A stretch of 64,000 bases of DNA from an uncultured Gemmatimonadales bacterium (GTDB taxonomy: Bacteria; Gemmatimonadota; Gemmatimonadetes; Gemmatimonadales; Gemmatimonadaceae): NCBI GenBank assembly GCA_963793305.1, contig CAWBZV010000005.1:512001-576000 (forward strand), written 5' to 3'. Of the stretch, positions 50,852 to 61,809 are shown one piece after another. A program made the translations under genes and the position numbers. Position 1 is the first letter of the stretch. Each line of letters begins with the position of its first letter. Below the pieces are notes generated by a model, which was not told where the DNA came from, searched no databases, and saw nothing but the letters and a program-made list of their open reading frames with translations.

Positions 50852-52699
50852 ATGCAGGCCCATCCCCTCCGGCGACAGAGCGGCGTCATCACTCTCGTGC
50901 ATTACGACTCTCGGGCCTGCACCGCCCAGGCCGTCGTTGCGGCTGCGCTGATCCTGACATGGGGTGCGACGGCGGTTCGAGCGCAAACTGTGAACGGCAT
51001 GCTGCGGTCGGCCGTGAACGACCAGCTGATGCCATACGGGACCATCTCCGTGGGAGACGACGCGCGTGAGTGGTTCACCGACGCTGCCGGGCGATTCGTT
51101 CTCGCACGGACTAACGATGAGACGTATCGGCTGCGCGCACGGCAGATCGGATTCGCGCCCCTCGATACGACCGTGCATGTCGGCGGCGATTCGCCCCAAA
51201 TCGTGATACGGTTGCGGCCCCTGGTTATTGATCTCGAGTCGCGGCGTAACACAACGAACGAACGGTCGTGCGACGCCGCCGGCATCCGGACGAGTGCGAA
51301 TCCATCAGCGTTGGCGTCGGCCCTCGACCTGTTGCGCGAGAACGGCGATCGCTATGAGGTCCTCCTCGCTCGCTATCCGTTCCAGCATCGCTGGCAAGAG
51401 CGCAGGTACGTTCAAGTCAAGAGGGGGACGGATCTCGATGACAGCGCGCTCGTGGCCGACACCGTGGTCTATGATAGCCGCGCGCGCCACGGGTATCGGA
51501 TCGGGTCGACGCTCTACCAGGTTCGCTCGGCGGGTCGCGAAACGGAGCTGACCATATTCCTGCCTACGCCACGCGATTTCACCGACTCGCTGTTTCAACG
51601 CGAGCACTGTTTTACCTATCGGGGGACATCGCATCACGAGATTCGGATCGACTTTCGCCCCGCCCATCGGATCACCGTGCCCGACGTCGCCGGGTCCATC
51701 TACCTCGACCAGGCGCGCTACGTTGTGCGCCGCGCGGTATTCGAGCTCACTCACCCTGAGGCCATGGATCCGCCGATCGAACGTTTCACCGTGCAGGCGA
51801 CGTTCGACGAGATCGTTCCATTGGTGCCCGTCCTCACCAGCCTACATGGGGAACAGCGGCTTGCGACGGCGTGGCGCTTCGAGGGTGCGGCGGGCGGGGA
51901 GGGCGTTGAACGAACGGCGATCGACGACAAGCGCATGATCGGTCGCGTGTTTCTTGGCGCGATTGGCGGGCAAAGCGCGCCGATCACATCGTGGTCGCTC
52001 CCGCTGGCGTTGCTGCCGGCAACGGTCGCGTGCGGGCTCCCGTCATCGAACGTGATGACCGACGTCCTGATCTACGGAACGCTCGACGGTCCGGGGGCTG
52101 CCGATGATGCCGTGTACCAGGTGATCGACAGCATCCAAGCGCGCTTTCGTCTCCCAGAGACCCTCACGCTCCCGGTCTACGGATACAGGACAGGGACGCT
52201 CGTGGCTCCCACTCTTGGTGGACAAGTGACTTTCACCATGGATCCGAGCGGTCACGCCACACGTATTGCCGTGAGCGCGACGTTGCTCTCACCTACGGTC
52301 GATAGCAGTCTCGCGGCTGCCGTGCTCACGTCCGGCTCAGCGCGGGTGCTCCGGCCACTCCGAGCCGGGCGCTACACACTGTCGCTGTCCGCGCTGCCGC
52401 CCGCGTCGGGCGCAGCGTCGATAGGCTTCGTACGGCTCAAGGCGGAGGCATTTCATCTCGATCATGGCGCGGCGCTGGAGCCCGACTCGACCCAACCACC
52501 GTTTCCCACTGACCGTCCGTTCGATTTTGTTGTGGACGAATATGGTCGCGCTATTTTAGCCACGGCGCACATGGCGAAGCCGTCGCCGGAGACGGTCTCC
52601 GAAGCAGTCGCTCACGCATTGCCGAGGCTTCGATTCCGTCCCGCTGTCATTGGGGGATGCCGGGTGAAGCAGCAGGTCGTTCTGCCCAGCGGCCATTGA
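50852..52699 (+). CDS. Carboxypeptidase regulatory-like domain protein with TonB-C-like C-terminus (start uncertain)
   Basis: RLRARQIGFAPLDT, HCFTYRG, PDVAGSIYLD, FVVDEYGR...RFRPAVIGGCRVKQ. Confidence 0.6.
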   Translation: MQAHPLRRQSGVITLVHYDSRACTAQAVVAAALILTWGATAVRAQTVNGMLRSAVNDQLMPYGTISVGDDAREWFTDAAGRFVLARTNDETYRLRARQIGFAPLDTTVHVGGDSPQIVIRLRPLVIDLESRRNTTNERSCDAAGIRTSANPSALASALDLLRENGDRYEVLLARYPFQHRWQERRYVQVKRGTDLDDSALVADTVVYDSRARHGYRIGSTLYQVRSAGRETELTIFLPTPRDFTDSLFQREHCFTYRGTSHHEIRIDFRPAHRITVPDVAGSIYLDQARYVVRRAVFELTHPEAMDPPIERFTVQATFDEIVPLVPVLTSLHGEQRLATAWRFEGAAGGEGVERTAIDDKRMIGRVFLGAIGGQSAPITSWSLPLALLPATVACGLPSSNVMTDVLIYGTLDGPGAADDAVYQVIDSIQARFRLPETLTLPVYGYRTGTLVAPTLGGQVTFTMDPSGHATRIAVSATLLSPTVDSSLAAAVLTSGSARVLRPLRAGRYTLSLSALPPASGAASIGFVRLKAEAFHLDHGAALEPDSTQPPFPTDRPFDFVVDEYGRAILATAHMAKPSPETVSEAVAHALPRLRFRPAVIGGCRVKQQVVLPSGH

Positions 52700-52833
52700 C
52701 CCCGCGTGGAATCATCTGGCGAATGTGCTCTCGCATCCGCTGAACATGAGTGCAAACCAAGCCCTGACCACGGATGTCCCATGGGAATCGCGCTGGCCCT
52801 CAACTTTCACTCGGCGGCCCTGCCGCTCCATTG

Positions 52834-54625
52834 ATGCCTCGCCTCGCACTCCTGCTCGCCACGCTCCCCACGATCGCGCTGGCGCAGTCCGCGCCCATCA
52901 GCGACGTGCACTATGACGTGACGGTCGACTCGACGACGGTCACGCACCGGGATATCGACGTTCTCGATGCAGTTCCGTGTTGGCGGCGACGCGCCGGTCG
53001 TGTTGTCGCTGCCCGCGTGGAGCCCGGGGCACTACGTGTTGCTCTGGTTCGCCCGCCGCGTATCGCACTTCACACCGACCGCCGATGGGAAGCCGCTCCA
53101 CTGGCGGATGGTCGACTATCAGACGTGGCGGTTGACCGGCGCTCACGCTGGCCAGCACGTCACCGTCCGCTTCTCGTATCTCGCCGACACGATCGACCGT
53201 GCAGTCGCCTGGACGAAGCCCGATTTTGCGTTCTTCAACGGCACGAATCTGTTCCTGTATCCTGTGGGTCAGGGGTTCAACTGGCCGGCGACAGTCACCG
53301 TTCACACGAGCCCCGGTTGGGGCATTGCAACAGGAATGGACGCGGCTCCGGCGCCGCCAACGTATGGCGCCGCGAACTATCACGATCTGACCGACTCGCC
53401 CTTCTTCGTCGGTCACTTCGACATCGACAGCATAGTGGCGGCGCCAGGGCACTACGTCCGGTTCGTCAACTATCCCGCCGGCGTCGTTGATCAGGCGCAC
53501 TCCGCGCGCATCCTCGGCTGGCTGGCGAAGCTCGCGCCGGTCGAAGGCGCGGTGTTCCACGAGATCCCGTGGCGGACCTACACGGTGCTCGAGATCGCCG
53601 ACCCACATCCGAATGACGGGGGGCTCGAACACCATGATTCGCAACTCGACGAGATCCAGGCCGCCTATCTCGACTTGCCGTTCCTGCCCGGGCTCTACTC
53701 CCACGAGATGTTCCACTCGTGGAACGTGAAGCGTTTGCGGCCCGCCGACCTGGTGCCGTACCGGTACACCGACGCGCAGATCACGCAATGGCTGTGGATG
53801 TCCGAGGGGGTCACGGACTACTACTCCTACCTGGCGAACATGCGGAGCGGGATCTCCGACTCGGCCGCCTTTCTCGACCACATCGCGGGCAATATCGTGG
53901 GCGTCGGCAGCACGCCGCCGACCGCGTTGGCGGATGCCTCGATGCAACCGTGGATCAATCCGACCGACGGCTCGGGCGGCATCTATTACCCGAAGGGGGC
54001 GCTCGCCGGGTTCATGCTCGATCTCATGATTCGCGATGCCAGCAACAACACGCGCTCGCTCGACGATGTGATGCGCACGCTGTACGAGACGACATACAAG
54101 AAAGGCCTCGGGTTCACACCGGTCGAGTGGTGGGGGACGATCAGCCGGTATGCGGGTGGCAAGTCGTTCGACGCCGTCAATCGCCGCTTCATTGAAGGAC
54201 GGGATCCGTACCCCTGGGACTCGGTGCTGGCATGCGCCGGGCTGCGCATCACAACGGATACGGTGCGCGATGTCGCGTTCGGGCTCCTTCCCTCCATCGA
54301 CTCGGAGGGCGTCCACACCCTGTTCGTCATCCCGGGTGGAGCCGCGGAGCGCGCGGGCATCAAGGTGGGCGATATCATCGTGTCACTCGGCGACGTCGCC
54401 TTGGGGAAATACCAGTCGTTCGATGACGCGCTCGACGCGCTCCGCACGGGCCTCCAGGACAAAGCACAGGCGCCGTACTTCGTGCGACGTGGTTCCGAAA
54501 CCGTGAACGGGTCGTTCCCGGTCGAATTCCATACCCATGCGCGGACGCGGATCGCGCCCGACCCCAACGCGTCCGAGAGGGCGCAACGGATCCGCCACGG
54601 CCTCGTCCACGGGAGCACGTCGTAG
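52834..54625 (+). CDS. M61 metallopeptidase (glycyl aminopeptidase-like) with PDZ; +1 frameshift at ~52966
   Basis: LPAWSPGHY, GGLEH, SHEMFHSWNVKRLRP, WMSEGVTDYY, YYPKGAL. Confidence 0.9.
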
Positions 54626-54750
54626 GGCCGCGCATTGAGTGAGCGCAGCGGGCCACGGGCACGCGATCATCCGCGCGGCACGCGGCGGGATCGCGAGGCT
54701 ACGGTCCATTTGCACGGGTGGACGATCGCCCTCAGGGCGACCCTGGCGGG

Positions 54751-55194
54751 CTAGCGCCTGTTCGAGGCTGCGGGTCGAGTCGTGGTCGCGTGGCGCGCCA
54801 AGCGGGTGCGACGCTCTTTGTCGCGTATCACGTCTTTGAGTGACGCCAAGCTTGCCCGGTCCGGAAGCGTGTCGCTCAACGCGCAGAGCGCGAGCGTCAT
54901 TCCCGAACGCTCGAACAGGGTATCGCGGACGTGTCTGGCGACCGCGGTGAGTACGATCCACTTCTCGACCTTTGCCCGGTAGACGTGTGCACGTCCGTCG
55001 AAGAAGCGTTCGGCGAGTCGCTTCTTGTACAGGTTGCTCAGGTGCGTGAGCGTCGTGGTGTAGCACTCCTTCCCGAGGGCGCGATGGAGGTCGCGCGCGG
55101 TCACCGCCTCGAACGTCCATAGCCCGCGGAGGATCGCCAGCTCGGCCGCCGTCGGCAACCGGAATCGGTGGTTTGTCGCCGGGACTTGCACCAT
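54751..55194 (-). CDS. BlaI/MecI/CopY-family repressor
   Basis: PTAAELAILRGLW, YTTTLTHLSNLYKK, RAHVYRA. Confidence 0.8.
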   Translation of the reverse strand: MVQVPATNHRFRLPTAAELAILRGLWTFEAVTARDLHRALGKECYTTTLTHLSNLYKKRLAERFFDGRAHVYRAKVEKWIVLTAVARHVRDTLFERSGMTLALCALSDTLPDRASLASLKDVIRDKERRTRLARHATTTRPAASNRR

Positions 55195-55221
55195 GAGAAA
55201 CTGTCCCGCTAGCGGACACCC

Positions 55222-55239
55222 GTCTTGAACGGCTGCAAC
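55222..55239 (-). promoter_or_regulatory. Motif copy 18 (GTTGCAGCCGTTCAAGAC)
   Basis: 18-bp spacer then CAGTTT, then the BlaI start. Confidence 0.75.
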
Positions 55240-55251
55240 ATATCTCCCGGT

Positions 55252-55767
55252 TCAACGCGATTGGTCGATTAGGTGCCTCACTTGTTGCAGGTGATTGATG
55301 TCATGGCCAGCCATCATTCGAATGAGTTGCGAGACGGATTCCTCGCCTCGCTCCTCGTGCTCGATCCAGCCAGCGTTTTCGGCGGGCGATAAGTCGTAGA
55401 GCAGCGCGAGTGTCCACCGGCGAATGGCGGCGAATGTCGCCAGGCTCAGGCCAATGTCGAGGGATCGATACTTGTTGGTTTCGGCCCATTGGTCTTGGTC
55501 GAACCCCATGACCATCTGACCGGGTTGGGCGGCCGCCCATCGCAGGCGGGCGGTCATGATGATTTCGGCGTCCGCCAAGTGGGCGACTTGCTCCCGAATG
55601 CTCCATTGCCCCGGCTCGGGGCGAAAATCGAGGGTCGATCGAGGAAGCTTGCCGATCAGACCTTCGAGGTTGCGCGGCGTGGCCTCGATGATAACGATCG
55701 GGTCTTGATCACCAACATATCCGTACAGGCGGGCCACGTATTGTTCGGAGGTTTCTTGTGGGCGCAT
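55252..55767 (-). CDS. DinB family protein
   Basis: PEPGQWSIREQVAHLADAE, FDQDQWA, AGHDINHLQQ. Confidence 0.88.
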   Translation of the reverse strand: MRPQETSEQYVARLYGYVGDQDPIVIIEATPRNLEGLIGKLPRSTLDFRPEPGQWSIREQVAHLADAEIIMTARLRWAAAQPGQMVMGFDQDQWAETNKYRSLDIGLSLATFAAIRRWTLALLYDLSPAENAGWIEHEERGEESVSQLIRMMAGHDINHLQQVRHLIDQSR

Positions 55768-55799
55768 GTGGGGATAACGTGGCTCGTCGAGTAGGCGGA

Positions 55800-55817
55800 G
55801 TCTTGAACGACCGCAAC
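55800..55817 (-). promoter_or_regulatory. Motif copy 19 (GTTGCGGTCGTTCAAGAC)
   Basis: 18-bp spacer, CACGTT, 8 bp, then ATG. Confidence 0.75.
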
Positions 55818-55943
55818 TTTGTCGTTGCATCCGGGCGACATCTGGGGCGCAGCCTTTGGCGCCATCACTGGCGTCAGACGCGAGTGATGGCCGGGCACGT
55901 GTCTCACATGTTTTACGGGACCGACCTACGGTGACGGACCTGG

Positions 55944-58373
55944 TCACTCCGCGCGCAGTGCGTCGTTCGGCGCGGCGCGCATCGCACTCCGCGCGGGCAC
56001 GTAGACAGCCGCGGCCGCAATCGCCGCCATGAGCACCGGGATCACGCTGAACGTCACGGCGTCGGTCGCACTCACGCCGAACAAGAGGCCGGACATGAGC
56101 CGCGTCAGCGCGAACGCGCCGGCGAGTCCGGCCGCCACGCCGATGCCGACGGTGAGGCCGAACTCGCGGGCGATGAGGCCCAAGATGCGCGCGCGATCGG
56201 CGCCCAGCGCCATGCGGATGCCGATCTCGCGGCGGCGCTGCCCCACCCAGTAGGCGATCGTGCCGTACACGCCGACGGCCGCGAGGATGAGCGCGGCGAT
56301 GGCGAACGTCGAGAGCAGCAACATCGAGAGGCGCCGCCGCGCGAACGAGTCGGCGAGCCGCTGCTCCATGGTGCTCACGTCGTACGCGGGCAGCTCCGCA
56401 TCCAGCGTATGCACTTCGCCCAGCACGGCGCTCGTGAGCCGCGACACGTCGTGGAGCGCGGTGTGCGTGCGCACGACGACGAACCGGCTCGCGATCGGGT
56501 ACTGCTCGACCGGGAAATAGGCCGTGATCGGCGGTGCAACCTCGGTCTGGTACTCGCGCTTGTCGCGCACGATGCCGACCACGGTGCGCCACGGCCCGTC
56601 GGCTCCTTGGCGTAGGCGCTTGCCGATCGCGCCGTCCGGCCAGAATCGCGCCGCCAGTGCCTCGTCGACGATGACGACCGGCGGCGACTGTTGGTTGTCG
56701 TGCACGTCGAAGAACCGCCCCTGGACGAGCGGCATGCCCATCGCCCGGAAATAGTCGGGGCTCACGTACCCGCTGCTGGTAACGATGATGTCGCCGCCGG
56801 CGGCCTTGGGCACGTACCCTTCGATGCGGATCGGTTCCCAGGCGAGCGACACGGAGCTCAACGGCAACTGGTAGTTGCTACCGACGAACTCGACGCCGGG
56901 AAGCGCGGTCAACTTGAGGTCCAGCGCTCGATAGAAATTCGTCACCGACTCCGGCGTCTGGTATCGCGATCCCGGCAGTGAGAGCCGAAGCGACAACGTG
57001 TTCCGCGGGTCGAACCCGGGATCGGCGCGCAGCACACGCGCATAGCTCCGGACCAGGAGCCCCGCGCCGACCAGTAGGACGAGCGAGAGTGCGACTTCGG
57101 CGGTGATGAGCGCGCCGCGCGTGCGCGACCGGTCGACAGTCGACCCGCGAGCGCCTTCCTTGAGTACGCTGGTCGCATCGACTCGAGAGGCGCGGAGGGC
57201 AGGTGCGAGACCAAAGAGGAGCGTGCTGGCCAACGAGACCGCGAACGTGAACGCGAGCACCGTGATATCGATGTGGATCGCGTCGAGGCGCGGAATGCCG
57301 GCGGGACCGGCGTGGCGCAGAAGCCAGACGCTCGCGAGGGCCATCCCAAACCCGAGCACGCCGCTGGCGAGCGCGAGGGTCAGATTCTCGCCGGCCAGTT
57401 GCCGGATGAGGCGCCGCCGGTCCGCACCGATCGCCGCCCGGAGGGCGAGCTCTTTCTCCCGTACGACCGCGCGCGAAACGAGGAGGCCGGCGACGTTGCT
57501 GCACGCGATCGTGAGCAGCACCGCGACGGCGCCCAGGAGAACGTAGAGCGCGAGGCGCGTATCGCCGACCACTTGGTCGATGAGCGGCACGACGCTGATC
57601 GTGAGGCCGCTGTTCGCCGGATAGAACGCCGGATACTCTTGCTTCATCCGCGCGGCGATCGTCTCCATCTCGGCCTGCGCCGACGCCTCGGAAACACCGG
57701 GCTTGAGCGAGGCAAAGACGTTAAAGTCTTCGCCATCGCGGTTGGTCCGCGCGCTCGCCGGCACCGGCAGCGGGAGGATGAGCTCAATGTGCTGCACGCT
57801 GTTGACCGCCGGCATCACGTCCTTGTCGAACACGAAATCCGGCGACAGAACGCCCACGATCGCGACGCTATTCCCGCTCAGCGTCAACGTCTTGTCAATG
57901 ACCCCAGGGTCGCCCCCGAAGCGCCGTTGCCAGAATCCGTACGTCAACACGACCCCGAGCGGCCGGCCCGGCTCGTCGTCTTGGGCCGTGAACAGGTGAC
58001 CGAGCACCGCGTGCGCGCCGAGCATGGACAGGAGCGCGGACGACATGCGGACGCCGTCGATGCGCTCCGGCGCGCCGCTGCCGGTCATGTTGAAGCTCGC
58101 GCCGATCGCGGCCGCGACGCGGTCGAAGGCCGTGTTCTCGGTCTTGATATCGAGATATTGCCCGAGCGAGAGCCAGTCGCGCGGGACGCCGAGGCCAGGC
58201 GACCGCTGCCACAGCATCGCCAGACGCTCGGCGTGCGGATATGGCAGCGGACGGAGCAGGAGCGCGTTCGCGACGCCGAAGATCGCGCTGGTGGCCCCGA
58301 TGCCGATCGTCAGCGACAGCAGCGCCGCGATCGTGAACCCCGGGGCTTTGACAAGGGTGCGGATGCTGTTCAC
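55944..58373 (-). CDS. ADOP-family duplicated ABC permease
   Basis: SLTIGIGATSAIFG, IACSNVAGLL, REIGIRMALGA. Confidence 0.92.
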   Translation of the reverse strand: MNSIRTLVKAPGFTIAALLSLTIGIGATSAIFGVANALLLRPLPYPHAERLAMLWQRSPGLGVPRDWLSLGQYLDIKTENTAFDRVAAAIGASFNMTGSGAPERIDGVRMSSALLSMLGAHAVLGHLFTAQDDEPGRPLGVVLTYGFWQRRFGGDPGVIDKTLTLSGNSVAIVGVLSPDFVFDKDVMPAVNSVQHIELILPLPVPASARTNRDGEDFNVFASLKPGVSEASAQAEMETIAARMKQEYPAFYPANSGLTISVVPLIDQVVGDTRLALYVLLGAVAVLLTIACSNVAGLLVSRAVVREKELALRAAIGADRRRLIRQLAGENLTLALASGVLGFGMALASVWLLRHAGPAGIPRLDAIHIDITVLAFTFAVSLASTLLFGLAPALRASRVDATSVLKEGARGSTVDRSRTRGALITAEVALSLVLLVGAGLLVRSYARVLRADPGFDPRNTLSLRLSLPGSRYQTPESVTNFYRALDLKLTALPGVEFVGSNYQLPLSSVSLAWEPIRIEGYVPKAAGGDIIVTSSGYVSPDYFRAMGMPLVQGRFFDVHDNQQSPPVVIVDEALAARFWPDGAIGKRLRQGADGPWRTVVGIVRDKREYQTEVAPPITAYFPVEQYPIASRFVVVRTHTALHDVSRLTSAVLGEVHTLDAELPAYDVSTMEQRLADSFARRRLSMLLLSTFAIAALILAAVGVYGTIAYWVGQRRREIGIRMALGADRARILGLIAREFGLTVGIGVAAGLAGAFALTRLMSGLLFGVSATDAVTFSVIPVLMAAIAAAAVYVPARSAMRAAPNDALRAE

Positions 58374-58518
58374 AGGCCGAACATAATCACTGGGTGGGCC
58401 ACCCGCGCTCCCTCGGCGACAGTTCTACACACTGCTTTCCATGGCGGCGGCAAAAGGTTCCTCACTTGTGTCAGCGCATGCCGCCGCGGCCGTGGATCAG
58501 CGCGCGGACGCAGGCGGA

Positions 58519-58979
58519 TCACCGCAAGCTTATCTCCTGATAGACGAGCTCAGTAAGCGCCTCTGCCTCATTGTTAAATTGTTTCGAGAGATCCTGGTCA
58601 TTTCCGGCAAATCGTTGCCGGAACGGCGTGAGATCCACGCTTCCCTTGACCTCGTCGAAGCTGGCGAACTTGCCGTGGCCGGGAAGCTGACCGGCTTGTC
58701 CGTCCACTGGCGGATTTGGGCGATGTCTTCCCGGGCATCCGAGGGCATAAATCCGGCATCGACCACGAAGACCTGCCGGTCGCCGATGATCACCGTCGTG
58801 TTACTGCTCCCGACGCCAAGCTGCTCATCTTTGTGCTGGATCTCATAGACGCCGTCGGCGAGCTTCGTCACTTTCCGTTCCGTCTGGCCCGACAGCGGCT
58901 GTGCCGCCGCGAGTCCGAGCGCCATCATACACAGGTATGGCCGGAGCGAATCGCCGAGTGAGCGACTGCGAAACGTCAT
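58519..58979 (-). pseudogene. Second copy of the MBL gene at 2990-4085 with a ~630-bp internal deletion
   Basis: Highly similar DNA at both ends; junction at 58682/58683 removes the equivalent of 3154-3784, including THFHNDH. Confidence 0.9.
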
Positions 58980-59044
58980 TGGGGATCTCCTGAAGTGGTG
59001 CAGCCATGGCGGGAGCCGAAACTAAGGGTGGCGCCAGCGTCGGC

Positions 59045-59062
59045 GTCTTGCACGAAGACAAC
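59045..59062 (-). promoter_or_regulatory. Motif copy 20 (GTTGTCTTCGTGCAAGAC)
   Basis: Equivalent position to copy 1; TAGTTT at 20 bp. Confidence 0.6.
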
Positions 59063-59078
59063 ACGATGGTCGGATCGG

Positions 59079-60263
59079 CTAGTGCGCCTGGGTGGGCGTC
59101 ACGTACGCCCCGAGATCACTATTGTCGCTCTCGATGTCGGTGAACCGGAACGGGATGCTTCGGGCAGCCAACGGATCCGGCCCATCACTGATCTGAAAGT
59201 GGAGGTGGACGAGCGGGCTGTCCCCGGTATCGCCCACCTCTCCGATCTGGTGCCCGCGGGTGACCGATGTGCCCGGCGTGACGGTCACACTGCCCGACTT
59301 GAGATGACCATAGGCCGAGTACTCGCCATTGGCATGTTGGATCACGACGTAGTTGCCGATCACGCCGCGATGGGGATCACTGATCATGAGGCCCATGTTG
59401 TACTGCGTGACCCGCTGGCGATACGTATCCTCCGATTCGCCCGGGCGCTGGCGGCGGGTCGCATAATCCTGCGTGGCGCCGTTTTCGGCGGCGACCACCT
59501 TCCCATCGGCGGCGGCCAACACGGGTTGGCCATAACCGTAGTAATCCGTCGGCGCATCGCCGCCGCCGCGCGACGGCGAGCCCAACGTGTCGAGCTTCCA
59601 GAAATCCAACGCGAATTCGGTCTGTGCGTTCCACCGATGGTGGCTGGTGATATTCGGGATCGAGCGCGCGAACCACACGCCGCGCAGTGGCATCGTATAC
59701 GAGTTGTGGTATTGCGGCATGATCGCGGGTACCGTCGTCGCGACCTCACGGGTCGTGCCGTTGGCATCGATGATCGAGGCGTGCAGGCGCACGATCGTCG
59801 GCTGGCCGCGCACCGCCAGATAGATGTTCGAGGCGAGGAGCGCTCCATGCGGCGGCGTGGTGCGCTCGGCGACAAAGTGATTGCCGGAGCCCAGAACGGT
59901 GCCCGGAATCGACATCTCGGCAAGCGCCGCCATGCCTTGCGCGCGCATCTCGACCTGTTCCTGCGTGGCGCTCTGGATGGCGTCGAAGGGTATCGTCACC
60001 GTGGCGAGCGTCCCATTGCGATCGGCCGCGTCGATGCGGAGATGCGTCAGACGCACCGGCTTCGCGGTCGTATTCACGAACGCGACCTCGTGGACAACGA
60101 GATCCACATACCCGCGGTCGGGCGAGGCCGGGTAGAGGTAGACCGAGCCGGCCGGGTAGATCTGAATCGTCTGGGCAGGCGCCAGCGCCGGGACGATCAG
60201 GGGCGCAATGCGCAGGACGCGTGCGAAGGTGCAGATCAAGACAACTCCGGTTGAAATGGGCAC
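59079..60263 (-). CDS. M23 family metallopeptidase (start uncertain)
   Basis: EFALDF, PVLAAADGKVV, GNYVVIQH, YGHL, GDS..HLHF. Confidence 0.88.
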   Translation of the reverse strand: MPISTGVVLICTFARVLRIAPLIVPALAPAQTIQIYPAGSVYLYPASPDRGYVDLVVHEVAFVNTTAKPVRLTHLRIDAADRNGTLATVTIPFDAIQSATQEQVEMRAQGMAALAEMSIPGTVLGSGNHFVAERTTPPHGALLASNIYLAVRGQPTIVRLHASIIDANGTTREVATTVPAIMPQYHNSYTMPLRGVWFARSIPNITSHHRWNAQTEFALDFWKLDTLGSPSRGGGDAPTDYYGYGQPVLAAADGKVVAAENGATQDYATRRQRPGESEDTYRQRVTQYNMGLMISDPHRGVIGNYVVIQHANGEYSAYGHLKSGSVTVTPGTSVTRGHQIGEVGDTGDSPLVHLHFQISDGPDPLAARSIPFRFTDIESDNSDLGAYVTPTQAH

Positions 60264-60330
60264 AACGGCACACGGGCGCCCACGGCGCCCGCCGAGACGA
60301 GTTTCGCCCCTGCCACCCTATTCGGGCAAG

Positions 60331-60348
60331 GTTGCAATCGTTCTAGAC
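60331..60348 (+). promoter_or_regulatory. Motif copy 21 (GTTGCAATCGTTCTAGAC)
   Basis: 18-bp spacer then CACCAT. Confidence 0.75.
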
Positions 60349-60466
60349 AACATCGGCGCGGCTCGCCACCATCGATCCCGCGCGTCCGTCCTGGAATGTG
60401 GCGTGTGCGAACCGGACCATCCCACACGAATATCGAGTGCACGAGCCTATGCCTAGTTTGCGGGCC

Positions 60467-61505
60467 ATGCCCACCTCGCCGGTGTCGCGAGCATTGCTTC
60501 GGTTCCTGGGCGTGGTGCTGTTCGCTGGGCACAGCGCCTACGGCCAAAGCCCGTCCGAGCTCGCCCGCATGCGCTACGACGCGGACCCGCAGCATTCCAG
60601 CGTGGCCTTCACTGTTCGACTCTTCGGGGTCGCCAAGGTGCATGGTCGCTTCAAAGACTATGGGGCGACCGTCATCTGATGATCCGGATCATATCGAGCG
60701 CTCGTCGGTGACCGCCATAATCGGGACCTCGAGCATTGACACGGACATGGACTTCCGTGACAAACATCTCCGGAGTCCGGATTTCTTCGACGTGGACAAG
60801 TATCCGGTCATCACATTTCAAAGTGACCGCGTCGAGCGTACGGCGGCCGGCTGTCAGGCCATCGGTCGCTTCACCATGCACGGCGTGACCCGGGTCATCA
60901 CACTTCCCATCGCCATCGTGCTCCAGCCGCGCAGTACGGGTAAGTCTGGCACGACGAACGTGGCGTTCTCCGCGGCGACCCGGCTCAGTCGCCAGGACTT
61001 CGGCATTGCCGGAACGAACAAATTCAATCCGTCGTTCGATCCGGTGACCTCAATGGTTTCCGACAGCGTCGACATCGAGCTGGACATTATGGCGAATCGG
61101 CCAGGATACCTCACCTGGACTTTCACGGGACAAACGCCGCCTTCGATCGCTGACACGGTCGGACGCGTTGTTGCGGCACATGGGGTCGACGATGCGCTGC
61201 GGCTCTATCAGCGAATGCATGCGGAGCAGCCCAAAGCCTACAATTTTTCGCCGGGCCAATTGGACCACTTGGGTCATCAACTCCTGCAACGCGGCGCGGT
61301 GAACGACGCCGTTGCGATTTTGCGGTTCAACGCACAACAATTTCCGACCATCGCCGGCGTCATCCAGTCGCTCGCGGACGCGTACCTGTGGGCCGGTGAC
61401 AGCAGCCGGGCGGTCGCAACCTACCGTCAAGCGCTCGCGGTGGATTCACTGAATCCCACCGCGATCGAAACATTGCGTCGCCTGGCGGCGAGGGGCGGGG
61501 CATAG
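60467..61505 (+). CDS. YceI family protein with C-terminal TPR; +1 frameshift at ~60678
   Basis: DPQHSSVAFTV, VHGRF, RDKHLRSPDFFDV, TMHGVT, SRQDFGI; TPR-like tail. Confidence 0.88.
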
Positions 61506-61534
61506 GTACGCGCGGCTGTGTCGCTTGCCGTGAT

Positions 61535-61552
61535 GTTGGATTTGTTCTAGAC
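61535..61552 (+). promoter_or_regulatory. Motif copy 22 (GTTGGATTTGTTCTAGAC)
   Basis: Intergenic, ~260 bp upstream of the AraC gene; no clear -10. Confidence 0.6.
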
Positions 61553-61809
61553 AACGCGCCGACAATGTGGTTCTCGAGCCTGCGTCACTATGGGTATCGT
61601 CTCACCACTGCGATTTCTCGGTTGGTGGCCCGCGACCATCGGCGTGTGATTGTGGCACTGCTCATCCCAACTTCGGGACTACCCGGGGTGCATTGCCGGC
61701 GTACTGGCCGAATATCGCCACTCGACGGTGGCCCGGCGCCGGCACGGGCCTTTCTCTATCTCGTCCTCATGGACTTACAAACGCTGCAGGTCGCGCCGAC
61801 CGAGTGACG

